A DNA stretch of 64,000 nucleotides from Ramazzottius varieornatus. Its lineage: Eukaryota; Animalia; Tardigrada. This document shows, piece by piece, positions 43,576 to 56,849 of this stretch. The translations under genes and the position numbers were made by a program. The stretch spans positions 1,222,827 through 1,286,826 of the forward strand of contig BDGG01000006.1 in NCBI GenBank assembly GCA_001949185.1, in the 5' to 3' direction. How positions within the stretch are numbered: the first letter of the stretch is position 1; the number at the start of each line of letters is the position of its first letter. Under the pieces are notes generated by a model. It ran no database searches, was not told the DNA's origin, and saw nothing but the letters and a program-made list of their open reading frames with translations.

Positions 43576-44058
43576 CAGTGGTGCTCGTAAAGGTCACAGT
43601 TCGCTATAAAAATGGGGCAACGGCAACTTAACCTCTTTGATTAAGGGTCCACTAACTAGGTCATAATACCGCATTAACTGCAAAAAATCAAAACTCTCGG
43701 TTTGCAGGCAGTGCGACAGAATTCGAATTCTACATGTACGCGGCGTATAAATGTGCCAGGAGAAACATGCTTATTTGCATAAGACGAATTAATCAGTCAA
43801 CCGGTCAAATGTAAGCGTCATTGTTCTAAATCAACAATCCCGCACTCGGAAATCATTCGAAGTTTCACAGAATATTGTTACATTCATGCAGGTATTTTTG
43901 GGCATTTTCTGGTGGTTAAATAACAGTTCAGAAAAGCAGCCAATCAGAACATACGGGGTGCGGTCTAAAGGTGACCACAGGTCTGACCGCAGGTCCAGCA
44001 CTTGACCGTGACGGTGCCCCATTTCTATAGTGACCTGTGACCTCTCCCAGATCCACTG
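43576..44058. mobile_element. Inverted-repeat element with CAGTGG ends whose TIRs contain AGGTCA direct repeats
   Basis: AGGTCACAGTTCGCTATAAAAATGGGGCA (43591) pairs with TGCCCCATTTCTATAGTGACCTGTGACCT (ending 44043); no TSD found. Confidence 0.65.
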
Positions 44059-44706
44059 ATCGCATTTAGGAATGTTTAAAAATTCAAGATTAATTATTCG
44101 CTTCGCGATTCATAAAACGAAGGGGAGTTTCGTTCGTGATTCACGAAGAAAACCCTCCGCTGATTTGAAACTTTCCCGAATTGCCTTGAGTGTTAGTCTG
44201 GCTGGCAAAACGCGCTGGGAAGCGTACTCTGTCCCCGGGCTGCGCAGAACGACCACTCCGCACAATCAGTCAATCAGATTTGCATTTGATCCGGCACTTC
44301 TTTTAGCTTGGTGGGCTAATTAGTGCCATGCAAACCAACACGGCCACCATCGGTTGCTTGTTCCAGCGTTATCTCAAACTGCCACGAGTTTCGCTATCTC
44401 TCGAAGGTTTCAGCAAATGCTCTTATAAACTATGGTTTTCACGATCAATAAGTTTTCGTTTGTCTGATTCATCTGTGAGTTTTGCTAATGTGGAACTTCG
44501 ACAATGAAGTAGAAAATCAACCGGAGCGCATAAAACAGAAACGAGGGAACGGCCGAAAAATCACGAAACATTTTTACAAAGGATCGAGTGAAAACAACTG
44601 CGGCACACTGGGCAAGCAAACAGTTGGTTAAAACTCTAACAGAAAAAAACAGATGCTAAAAGATCGAGAAACAGAGAAAAAACTAAGTATGAGGCTTACA
44701 GTACGA

Positions 44707-47266
44707 TTAGAACTTGGAGTACTCGTACCCAGAGGAATTGACAGCGTTGGTCCAGTGGCTGGAAACAGCATCGAACCCGTCGTCCATGAGGTCCGGCACG
44801 ACCATGTTGATGGGTTCTTCGACGTGACTCGTGCTGCTTGACGCCAGCAACAGTTTACGTTGCAGCTGCTCCTCGTGGACCTCGGCGGCGATAGAGCGTA
44901 GGTCGCGAGTAGGGAACTGCAGAAGACGGGAGATAATGCTGTCGATCGGCAGGGTGGGGAACAGCTGAGAAAAAAACAGCAGGCCAGTGCATTTCAAGCT
45001 GATACTTCGGAGAGAGGGAAGGCGGAGCAGCAGCTTGGCGAAACGAGGAACGTCTTGCGGATGGGTAAGGTGGCAGTGTTCTTCCAAGCCAGAGTACAGC
45101 TTCTCACGACAGGCTTCCAAGTGGTCGGCGTTGCTCAACCCTTTGGCATCTGAAACAGAGAAAGCCATAGCCGTTTATTCCTGATGAAGATTTGTCAGAG
45201 ATCGTAACACAATCAAACTCACCAAAGTCGTTTCCCCAAGTGGCGGATGTCTATAGCATTATAAGCTGGAGGCATGCGCCACTCAAAACGCGAACCTGTC
45301 TAGTGTTTTGTCAAAGTGGCGCACGTTTCCAGCCATTAACACTGTTAATGTGCGCCAATTGAAGAACCAAACCCGACCAGATTATTACTCCAACGGGCGC
45401 ATGTTTTCAATGTTGCTGGCAAAGCCGTACGCGCCACTTTACATTTCGATCTTGTCAAGCATGAATTGCAAGCTTCTGCCCCGAAGTCTGTATTACCTGG
45501 GTTGAAGAGGATGATTCCTCGAAGACAGGCCAGTTCGAAGCTGTCGACCTTCAGCTCAGTCATTTTGGCGATGAGTTCTTGAGACATTCGCTCCACCAGA
45601 CCAGTCAGTCCGAAGAGCGAAGCCTGACTGGGGCTGATGCACATTCCCGAGGAAAGTATCAAGCCATGCTTGACGCTGGCAAACATGGCCCGAGCCCCCA
45701 TCGCCGACAGGTGCAGCTCGTTCCAACCTGCAGAACCCAATTGCAAAGACTTATCTTTACACGGATCGATCGTTAGGGTTTCGGAGATGAATAAATTACC
45801 GCATTTGACCAGCGCAACCTGATCGCTCAAAGGCATGTCTGCGATGAGTGGACATCCTCTGATGTACCGGATGGCCAAGTACAGGTCCTTCTCGCAGTTC
45901 TCCACCAACTGGCGGTCGATTTCAGGCTGAGAATGCTTTTCTGGCCCACACTTCAAGACACGAACCTACAATGAAAAAACAACCTGTGGATCAGGCAAGC
46001 GTGGCATTAGAGACAACGGAAGTTCAACCGGAAGTTTGCACGCAAATAACTGGAATTATTTCGAAAAAACGCAAAAAGAAAGTACATGACAAAATCGAAC
46101 CGTTGTCACATACTGTATTCCCTCGATAGTTCTGCGAACTACGTCATCAGGCCAGTATATTACACCCGCAGTGATATCACTGCTTGTTCGATTGTCGCCC
46201 GTCACTCTACTTGATTGGCGAACAAGCCTTGATTGAATGCATAAACGTTTTCTATCCCCGCCGGGTAATATTTACCCGAACAGTCAGAACTATCGAGGGA
46301 ATACAGTAATGTTCACCAGTGTGACAAAGCAATCCATTCCAGACCGCGATGAGTCAGCACTTTGCCATTTGATCCGTTGATTTGATCCGTTGAAACGTGT
46401 TGTCATGTTGATTTGCATTTCCGGCTTACCTTCGTTTCGTTCGGATTCGTTAAGAACGGCCCCAACAAGACACTGTCCGCTTCCTGGAGCTTGGCTAAGG
46501 AGAACTCAAGAAAGGCATTGTTCGGGATAGGAGAACCGGGAGCGTTCGACAAACTGGCAGCTTGGTGAAAGGCGTGGGGAGCCGAGTGTGAGGAAGCAGC
46601 GAAGCTCGAGTCGATGTCCATGGCACCTTCGTGGCTGTGGTCGAAAGTACCGCGCTTGCTGTATCGAGTCTCCCGGGCTCGAATGCGTCCCTGAATGGCT
46701 GGAAGAACAATGTTTGATGCAGGTAAGTTTGCTTGAAGAAGAGACGGTAATCTCACCTTCAGGTTTCATCCCCATTTGCAAGCACTTCTGGAAGCGACAA
46801 TACTGACAACGATTTCGCAGACGTTTGTCCACCACGCACATCTTGATCCCTCGGCATTGATACGCTACTCCTCGCCGAACGGTACGTTTGAAGAAACCTT
46901 TGCAGCCTTCACAACTACAACAACAAGCTGTCATACAATGTTGTTCAGGAAAGGGAAGGAAAGGAATTTGTACCTGATAACGCCGTAGTGTCGACCGTAA
47001 GAAGTATCGCCACAGATGGTGCATTCGACAGCTGGACGACGAGTCTTCCCGACGAAGACCATGGAGCTCGGTGAGGATGGGTCGAGAAGGCTGGAAGTCG
47101 TGGTGTTGGAGAGGTCGCTGAAGCCTTCGAAGCCACTGGCCGAACTGCCTTCCTCGTGGGCCAGCGACTGGTAAGGCAGGAGCATGCCGGAAGTGGAGAG
47201 ATTCAACACTTTCTTGGTGTCTTGACGCCTGGCGGAAGGCTTGAATGAAGAAGAAGCGGACTCCAT
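44707..47266 (-). CDS. RXR: Divergent RXR/USP-like (NR2B) nuclear receptor, multi-exon
   Basis: DBD CTICGD...HYGVIS|[14 protein letters not shown]...[20 protein letters not shown]; [11 protein letters not shown]|[18 protein letters not shown]|[38 protein letters not shown]. Confidence 0.88.
45210..45480. repeat. Family A, 3 units, RXR-like intron
   Basis: Three stem-loops, period ~75 bp. Confidence 0.8.
46111..46308. mobile_element. 198-bp MITE with TA ends
   Basis: Perfect 24-bp TIR TACTGTATTCCCTCGATAGTTCTG. Confidence 0.9.
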
Positions 47267-47569
47267 CCTTGAACAACACCTAGCCTAGTAAAGAAAAGGA
47301 AGACAACAGATAAGAGAGGTAGAAATAGGTGTGAGGAAGAAAGATCAGATGCCGCTGCGCAAACTCTTCCGCCTGCCTGGATTCTGGAAGGAAGAGCGAA
47401 GATGATCCAACCTGTTGATAACGGTCATGTCATATTACCGTAAGGTCGGATAACATAACATAGCGTAACGTGGATGTCAAATTACGTAATGCTCCAATAA
47501 CACAGCATATCAGGGCGTGGAATTCACTGGATCCTGTTCTAAAATTTCCTGTGGGTGGTTAACATGTTT

Positions 47570-48255
47570 TCATTTTTCAGGAGTGAGTTTCTGTGAGAAG
47601 AATGGACGTGATATGCGACAGAAAACAAGGGAAAAGAGAACAAAAAAGAAGGATAGAAAGTGGACGCTCACTCGGAAGCTCCCATTACATCTGTCGCCGT
47701 CGCATAAGCAGAGTTGGAAGTCTAGCTCTTCCGATGCTTTTTTACTCTTCGTTGTCCCGGCTCTGCAGGTTCTTTCAGGTGGTTTGCTGGTACAAAAGCG
47801 ATTTGCCATGCCGTAAATGTTATTGTGAACTTTGCTGTGGAGATTTTGTTGCCGTTTCCCACAAGCCACGGCGGTCTTTGAGCAGTTGACCAAGGAGACC
47901 TTCCTGTTCTTTTCAGTGAATGGATCGGCACCGCAACTGAGGGGTGTTTCGACTGTGCTGACCCACAGAGCACCTGTTTCTTTGCTATTGAGTACGACCA
48001 AACCCGGGTTTCCACATTGATAACATTGAAGACTTCCTGTGATAATAAGAGAACTGATGAGTTACGAGCAAGTTTGCACCTGACACAATGTTTTGAACTT
48101 CAGATTACGTATAGATAAAGTTCTGCTTTCGAAAGATCGTCTGGATACAGAGGTCAAACGCTACTGCATTAGTGACTAGACTTACTGCAAACGGAATTTG
48201 ATACAAGGACAGAAAGGATGGCATGCCAGAAACGGTATTCCGTGATAGCCATCAT
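47570..48255 (-). CDS. Ly6/uPAR three-finger (Quiver-like) protein, probably GPI-anchored
   Basis: Signal exon 48255-48186 spliced to RSLQCYQC...CGK...RFC...C...CLCDGDRCNGS followed by a hydrophobic tail. Confidence 0.85.
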
Positions 48256-49237
48256 GAAAGCTGGCTCACGAACAGTTTTTCCTGCTTTGATCGGAACTTT
48301 TTCAGGAATCAACCGAGTTTATCTCGAATAATACTGGAAGGTTGTTGAGGCTACAAGCTTTTGACCCGTGGTGCCGAATGCCGATCATACTGCAAAGCCA
48401 CCAGTGATTTAAAGGGCAGATTTGATTATCACAGATAAATTAGGGAGCAACCGGATAGCGAATTACTGTAGGACAGCTTAAGGGATCGTTTCTCGGAAGA
48501 GGAGAGTTCAGAGGGACGCAGAAGAGCAAATTTTGTTGCTAGTGATCTTGCCACACTGAACGATTGTGGAATCTGCGGAGCCGAGTCTCCTCCTCCAAGC
48601 ATGCTCATGAAGATTCCACCAGATTCCAAACACAGGAGTGTTCCAAAGACGTCCGGAGAGTTTTGTGGTTTGTTTCGGACAGGTGAGAAAGTTGCAGCGT
48701 GCAAGCGGTGGTCGGTAATGGGATTTCCGGACCGAAGTTCCGATCGGTAAACGGGCTCCCGCCGATTCGTGGCGCCGCCGTGTTACAGAGATGGTGTAAT
48801 GGAACAGGTTGTGTGTACAGTATGTCAGGTAATACAGTGTGACATCGTCTGTTGTCACTTATGACTTCTCAATTATTGTCGCCAAATGCCAATTTAGAAT
48901 GCGGGAGAATTTCGGTGACTTCGCGCATTTGTGGAGAAAGTTTTGTTGTTCTTTCTTCCCTTCCCTTTCTTGTTTTATCCTGTTTTACGTTCCTGTAGTT
49001 CGTTTGAAGAAGGAAACGGAAGCCCGCGTTTTGTTCCGTGTATCTTCGCTTGGTTTGAGGGGTGACGGAAGGACGTCTGCCAGTCTGGTCGCGAGTAGAC
49101 AGCGTAAAGGTAAGTTTGGACTTTTTCGTTCACTTTCTTCCGTTTCTCCTAGTTTCCCGTGCTCTTGTAAGGCACATTCATGGGTGCTAGCTTTGTCGGT
49201 ACGCTCCACGGAATTATTCCTCTACAGGTCTGGCAGA

Positions 49238-50685
49238 ATGTCGATGTCACTGTCGCAGGAAGAGCTGGATTACGGCGAAGACGAGGATGACGGAATTGAT
49301 AACGATGTCGAGATGGCCGCCGAGCTTTCACAGTCTTCTGCCGTCGCCGCGGAGACCAGTATCGTCTGCGTCGACGATGAAGAAATGCCGACGAAAGATA
49401 GTGACGAGCCGAAAGACACTCACCAGGCGGAGTTATTTACGTATTCCGTGGTGTCACCTGAGAGAGACAAACACCGTCCTGAAACTGATTGGCCACAGTT
49501 GCCATCTCGGTGGACTTCGCCTTCGACCAGCACAGGTAAGGCTTGTCTCTCTACCTTCCGAACTGTGGATAAAGCTTTGTGTGTCGTTTTAGCTGGTGAT
49601 TCGGGCATCGAAAGCGTGGCCAGTTCGGTGCATCCCGACACGGAACATCGCAAGGCCGAGTCGCTCATCATCCGCCAAACGTCTGGGTCACCAGAAATCC
49701 AGCCTCCTGCTCCACTGAAAGAATCCGACGTGACGGAATTGAGAGGGAAGAAGTGTTATCTAGCCTATCATCAGTATCCGACCTACCCCAAGATCAAGAC
49801 AGACTATTCCTTTCTAAGGAAGCGCAACGCACCAGCCAATCGTCACCAACTGTTGCATCTGTGCCACGATGGTACAGACGCGGAACTCTTGATATACTTG
49901 GAAGAGCTCGTTGGAGACGTCTTTCACTACAAAAAGGCGGTCATCTTTGCTAGGAGGAGGGAGAGGCTGATGGACATCAGATGGGGACTGAAGAAACACT
50001 GCAAACTCGATTGCTTGCTCATTGACAGTAAAACATACCGACATTTCTGTTTGAGATGTGAATTCTTTCAGTTGGCATATGACGTCAAGCGTTTTGATCA
50101 GACAAACGGGTTCAGATAGCTTTGGAACAAGTGGGTCGTGTCACGTCATGGTCTAGGTTCAAATACGGTGAAGTGCCAAGCATGACGTTAGTTAGTTAGT
50201 TCGCAATAGGATATGCGCATACCCTCGGGTAGGCCCAGCTGTACCCGATTGTAGGACTTATGCATACTTCTGTTGTTTCAGGTGGCTATGAAGTGCCCAA
50301 GATTTTCAAAATCTGTGATTACTTTGCCGAATTTAAGAGGCGGATACTCTTGTGTCACACCCACATCCTGCCTTCAAAGAAAGCCCTGAAAGATACAGAT
50401 TTGGTGATCTGGTGGCATGTGCCGCGGACAGTGGAAGATTTCATGGAGATCAAGTCAAGATTGACGGTGCCGAAGGCCCTGATTCTAGTCATCCTGAAAC
50501 AGGAAAACGACTGGCAGTTCCTGGATGCCATGGAAAAGATGGAGAACCGGCCCGAATCAGGCTTGGTCTTTCCAGAGTTTTGTCTTAATTCTACCGATGA
50601 AGTGTACGCCGGGTTTATGAATTCTCGTCTGAGTTATAACAGAGAAAAGGAGGCGGAAGCTTTGGCAGTCGTTGACGAAGAGTAG
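49238..50685 (+). CDS. UAP56/DDX39-like pseudo-helicase: acidic N-terminus plus a lone degenerate RecA2 domain (378 aa)
   Basis: Exons 49238-49535, 49593-50027 and 50282-50685 join in frame; KKAVIF (motif IV), FAEFKRRILL (UAP56 FKDFQRRILV), DLVIWWHVPRTVEDF, LKQENDWQFL (UAP56 VSDENDAKIL); no Walker A, DExD or HRxxRxGR. Confidence 0.72.
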
Positions 50686-51382
50686 CTTTTCGGTGTTAAA
50701 AACTTTCCAGTCTTTTAGTTTGCTGTTTTTCCTGTGTCCATTCGGTAGCTCGTTCGAGCGTCATGCCTTAACATGGGCCTTCCGTTTTTACTTTTATCCT
50801 TATTGTCCCTCTTTTCGTGGTATAGGTGATTTCCAGTTCAGCTTCCGAGTACGTACCGTGTATCTCCCATTTGCACTCAGTAAAGCTTTTCATTTTATGC
50901 TTCTTCTGTTCAGTTCCGTGTAAACCTATGATCGAATTTGGTTGATTCACGTACAAAGATAGAAGGTTTTTTTCCCGCAGAACCAGTAAACTTCCCCAAG
51001 CTTCGGGAATGAAGGATGAGGAAGTGACTGGAATCTGGTCAACGAGTTCGCTGTTCGCCACTTCTTTTGGGAACCAAACGAACATAACGGTGACGTCATA
51101 ACAGTTCACTGCTTGGAGGACTTTTAACACCGCGTCTACATGAGTGCCGATTACCTCACGCGCTTGTTGGACGAAATTTTGCACTTGTTGCGGTTGATCG
51201 TTGATCGGCTTGAACCAAAATTGTTGTTTCTTTGACAACCTTGACGTTTTCTGGAACGAAAGATCGATTCTCTTTCGTAAGCCTCATCTCTGTGACGGAT
51301 CCATTGCTCTTCTCGTTCTGTTTTCTGTTTTCAGAGATCGAGGACAACCCAAAACTTTGCGGGAAAAAGGAGGAGGAACAAG

Positions 51383-52315
<933 letters not shown>

Positions 52316-52590
52316 AATACGTGTTACGTCTTCTGTTTCGTGTTTATCCAAGCCTCTTAAGCACTTGTAGATGTTCGGTTCTCTTGTGTCCTCGTGGTCA
52401 TTAGCCAAAGATGTCTCTCTTCTGTTCCGGTAATCGTTCTCAAGCTTTGAACAAACCTACTTCCTCTTCAATCTGCCCTACCTGGCTTGTGTTTTGTACT
52501 TTTTATACTTCGAGCTTTTCTTGTTGTTCAGCCGTGCTGATTGTACGGATCTTTTTGGGATTTTCGTTGTACCAGCTCGGTGAATTCGGT

Positions 52591-52708
52591 AGTTCGGCAA
52601 ACAAACTTAGCCAAATCGTTGTACCAAGTGGCATACTTTTCCAGTGATACTAGCGTGCAGCGTGCGTCACTTGAGAAAATTATCTGGTCGAGTTTGAGTG
52701 TCGAGCTC
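52591..52708. mobile_element. Family A, single unit with termini, downstream of SRSF10
   Basis: AGTTCGGCAAACAAACT...AAGTGGCATAC..GTGCGTCACTT...TCGAGCTCCC. Confidence 0.75.
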
Positions 52709-53209
52709 CCATTTGTTGTGCCGAGTCTTTTCCCATGTGCCTTGCAACCTTAGCAATGACATTGAGAGTCGCCCAGCGTAGTGTTTTCTCATCTGTAGTG
52801 TTACTTACGTGTTGTTGTAGCTACGGACGTTGTCTGTATTAAGACAATTAATGGTGAACCTGTGAAGCTTCCTACAGCTCGCAGAAAATCAAGCAGTCGA
52901 TTGCTTTCGCGGAAAACCCTTTACCATCCTTTGTTGCTTACTCACTTCCTCCATCAAGTTACTCCCGAAGCTTATCCCACAACATCCGCCGCGAAGTGTT
53001 CACACGTTACTCCGCATTGTCTTGATTGTAATACTCAACACAAGAAATTTCTTTTTGATACCATCGACGAAGCAGGAAGTGACTTCCTGTGGCCACATCA
53101 TCGAACGGCGTGAGTATCTGACGTGGGCTGGGGTTTTTTACGCGGAAGTTGTACCACATCTGTTCTTCCAGAAATCCCTTCTCCCGGAGAAGCGCCCCTC
53201 CGTTTCAGC

Positions 53210-54173
53210 ATGAACTTACAGCAGAGATTCAACTCGCTCTTCACAGTTGCTTGTCAGATGCTGTTGTTCCTTATGGTCATTTCCGTAATGTGGAACGGCG
53301 CACTGGCACAGAGCGATAACGCGACGAACCCGAATGGAACTGTCACGAACCCAACCGCCACAACAGCCACTGCCGACATCGCTCAGGACGACCATGCGCG
53401 TAAGTGATCCAGCAAGATCTGCTAACTTGATCGTTCGTGCAGTACTGCAGTTAGTATTTGTAGTTTGTGCGGCAAATAAGGACTGTGCTTCGTGTGTCGC
53501 GGTTCCTGGCAAGAAGGTAGAAAACAATCGTGACAGACTTGGTTCGAAGTGCTGGAAGTCCCGTTTTTTAGTGCTACTTTTGTGGACGGAACGATACACT
53601 GGACGTAGGCTGCGTACCGTACCCCCTCAGAACAGCATTCCCGACTTCCGCCCAGTGTCCTTTGGCCAGTGCTTACTGGGGAGTATGCTTCGGTGAGGCT
53701 CAAGGAACTATTAGTCTGTTAGAGGCATCAGCGGAAGTAAAACCAGTGTTTTCCAGTGAGTTTCTTGTACCTGGTTATTGGAGCTACGATCCTCGGCGGC
53801 ATTCTGCTCCTCATAATTTTCACAATTTGCCTTCATTGTTGTCGGAAGAAGAGACCAAGGTGATTTCACGTCTTCTGCCTAAATGTTTCGGCGGGACGGT
53901 ATTTGAACGGTTGGCCCTTTTTGTAGTCGCAATACTCTGCTGGCTGCGCAAGAAGCCAAGTACGACCAGGAAGCAAACGAGCGACACCAGCGGTTCGAGG
54001 ACCGCAAAGCAGCAAGAGACCAACAAATGGGACAGATACGAGCCAAATATGGTAGGGTCTTATCTTAGTTTCACTTCAATCCAGACCGGGAACATCTAAC
54101 TAACCTTACAGGTTTTACTTTAGGACTCAATAACGCCAATGCAGGACATACACCAGGAGCCTCACACCACTGA
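53210..54173 (+). CDS. PTTG1IP: PTTG1-interacting protein (PBF) homolog, multi-exon
   Basis: Signal peptide, PSI-like CAANKDCASCV..CYFC..CVPYP..CPLASAYWGVCF, TM, CLHCCRKKR, charged helix ending IRAKYGL. Confidence 0.88.
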
Positions 54174-54555
54174 AGTACCCCCGAACAAACTCTTCATACT
54201 ATTTGTTTATCGTTTGCTCTTTCACGCGCACAACCGGTAGTGTTCGCGTTACTGGCCTGGGAGTACTTCCTTCGAGTGTATCAAACTTTGTTGACCGCTG
54301 TGGTGTTGTTCGTTCTGGGAAAGCTCCTTGGGTCTACGTGTGGTACTCCATTCTTGTTTTGGATTGTTGCAATAAACAATTTATCATGGAGCGAGACACA
54401 ACATTATCCATTTAGCGAACCCGAAAAATCTCGTCCAAGAACATACAAAAGACACGAATACTCAGCGACATGATATTCAACAAAATAAGACGAGAGAACC
54501 TTACGTCCGACCAGGAAATACTCAACGGACTAGTTATGCAGTGCTAGGGCAGTTA

Positions 54556-56849
54556 CTAAACCTTGACTGGGACCATTGGGTTGGCAGGTCGCGACATCAT
54601 GAACATGACGTCCAAGAAGCGGTCACGGTACTCTGTCGAGGGTGCGATCAGCCGGTACTTGGGACCTCCATTGACTCGAACAAGGTTCACTCGACGTTTC
54701 GAAAAGTGCTGTACTTCGTTGGTACCCGTAGCCCCCGAAGAGCTACGAGTTGTAGCAGGGCGGCCTGTCGGTCCTGGCTTCTGCTTGTTCGACACTGGCG
54801 TCTCTGCTTTGACGTCGATCATGTCCACTCTGTGTGCCACCGTCTTCCTCATCAACACATCCTACAAGAAAAAGCAACAGAAAAATCAACGCTTCTTTCC
54901 ATGCAGCACGTTTGACGAGAACCGGACGAGTAACGGGATAAGTAGTAAATGGCACGTCAGGCGAATGATTTCACCCAGACCTGTCTCACGTGGTGCAGGT
55001 CTCCATTGTTAATGGCTGGAAGGGTGCGCCACTTAGCAAAAACAATCTGGTTGTGTTTCCAAGTGGCGCACGTTCCTACTGTTTTTGGTCGAGAGTGTGC
55101 TTCACTTGAGTCAACGATCTGGGTCGAACAATTCAGAGCCTCGCTTCGCTCGGCCCTTTTAAGTCTGTCGAGATATCAATGGACGATCAGATTGTTCGAG
55201 CTTTTACATATCGCAAACTCTGTACTGAAAACAAATGCGTAACTTGACCCGGGCAACAGAAATTTTTACTCGCAACTGCAACGTAACGCCGTAGAAATGT
55301 GTGGCCAATAATCTTTTGCCCCCTTTGCCTTCCCAGTGGTCAGAACCAGTAGCTAGGTGGTATACCCAAGGGGACTCTGAATCGCGAACTCATCAGAGGC
55401 TCGAGCTCCAGACAGCACGATCCTTTTCTCAGATTTTTTCTGATTTTTCCAATTTTTTCCCCGATTTTTTCTGATTTTTCCAATGTTTTTAGTTTTTGCT
55501 GAGTCATGGCTTCGTGTCTGATCAATCAAATTCGTACGAATCAACTGGCGAAAACGGCTAGTTGATTTACACAGAATTGATCACTCTCAGGACCCTGCCG
55601 GACGGACAATGGTACGACCGACAGGGTATGACGTAACTCGTGCTGCCTGCTGTACGATAGGCAGCCGCGCGGCTGGGTCAGTAGGTAGGAACGTAGAGGA
55701 TCGTATAATGGTACAATCGTCAGGGGTAGGTGGGTAGGTTGGTTGATCACTAGTGGTTGACCATTGATCTTGGTAATTGACCACTAGTGGCTAACCGTTG
55801 GTCTTGCTGTCTTGACCACTAGTGGTTGACCACTGGTCTTTCTAGGTGAGCACTGGAGGCCGGCCATTGGTTTTGCTATGTTTGACCACCGATGCTAGCC
55901 ATTGGCATTGGTAGGTTGACCGCCCAATTGCAGCTGGTTAATTGGCCCGTCCTTTCTGTCTATTGGTCAATGGGCGTGGTAGCCGGTCTGAGCGGAGTCC
56001 ACAGTTTACTGGAGTTGATTATTTGACTGAAAGACGCTTTTTACTACGTTTAAAGCTCCGCTAGAAGGCCAGCCTTTTGGGCGGAGCTCTCGCAAAAGAA
56101 TTTCGGTCGCGGTGACGTCCCTACGGAATCAAGACTTACCGCTATGGTGTCCGGGCAAACGAAAGTCAACCGACGATTCTGATAATCGATGGAGATTTGT
56201 AACGGCACCCACAACTTGAATATCTTAATTCTGAAACCCTGCTTCAAAACAGCCGCTGGCAAGAAGCCGACGTGTTCAACGTCAGCAGCCGCGGCGGCCC
56301 AAGCTACAGCCTTGTTTCTGTCTTCGTCGCTCATATTGTTCTCCGTACCCGCGAACGGATCTTCACCCGCTTCACCATCCGAAGCGATCGAAGCGAGTCC
56401 CATGGACCTTCCCATGGACATATCGTTCACTGCACCACTGGGAGTCTTGCTAGGCTGTATTTGGCTGGTGGTATCCGCACGCAGGACTTGTGAAAGATTC
56501 ATGGTGGGAGGCATCGCTGCCAGACCGGAAGTGGGCAGTGCGCCGATGGCCACGCTGTCGGGATTGACCGAACCTAAGCCCAAACCTGTAGAAACCCACT
56601 TTAGACATTCCTCTATGTTTGGGAAGTAGAAAGGGGTTACCGTCCATAGGGTTGGGTTTACCCGGCTCAAGAACCAACCCGGCAACGCCACCTGTGATTT
56701 CAGCCTCCATTTTGGCCTTGATGGTCGTGGTGCCATCCTCTGATGTGGTCTCCGTCGAATGGAGATTAATATGGTCTATCTGTAACACAAGACGATATAG
56801 GGTCCGGGAAAAATCCGAGCACAAGGAGGGCACTTACCAGGGCAGCCAT
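54556..56849 (-). CDS. Uncharacterised protein (293 aa) with a C-terminal PH-like domain
   Basis: Exons 56849-56838, 56779-56662, 56585-56140 and 54861-54556 join in frame; VLKQGFRIKIFKLW and YRLIAPSTEYRDRFLDVM resemble the PH first strands and C-terminal helix. Confidence 0.6.
54920..55135. repeat. Family A, 2 units, intron of the PH-like gene
   Basis: GTGCGCCACTT at ~55024 and AAGTGGCGCAC at ~55061. Confidence 0.75.
55743..55921. repeat. ~34-35-bp minisatellite, about 5 diverging copies
   Basis: Unit TTGACCACTAGTGGTTGACCATTGGTCTTG...; contains palindrome CCACTAGTGG. Confidence 0.85.

Noticed and set aside
48839-50119. 426-aa ORF as a single-exon gene
   Set aside because: It reads through 5' UTR introns and a 57-nt in-frame intron; the spliced 49238-50685 model restores the helicase-like domain
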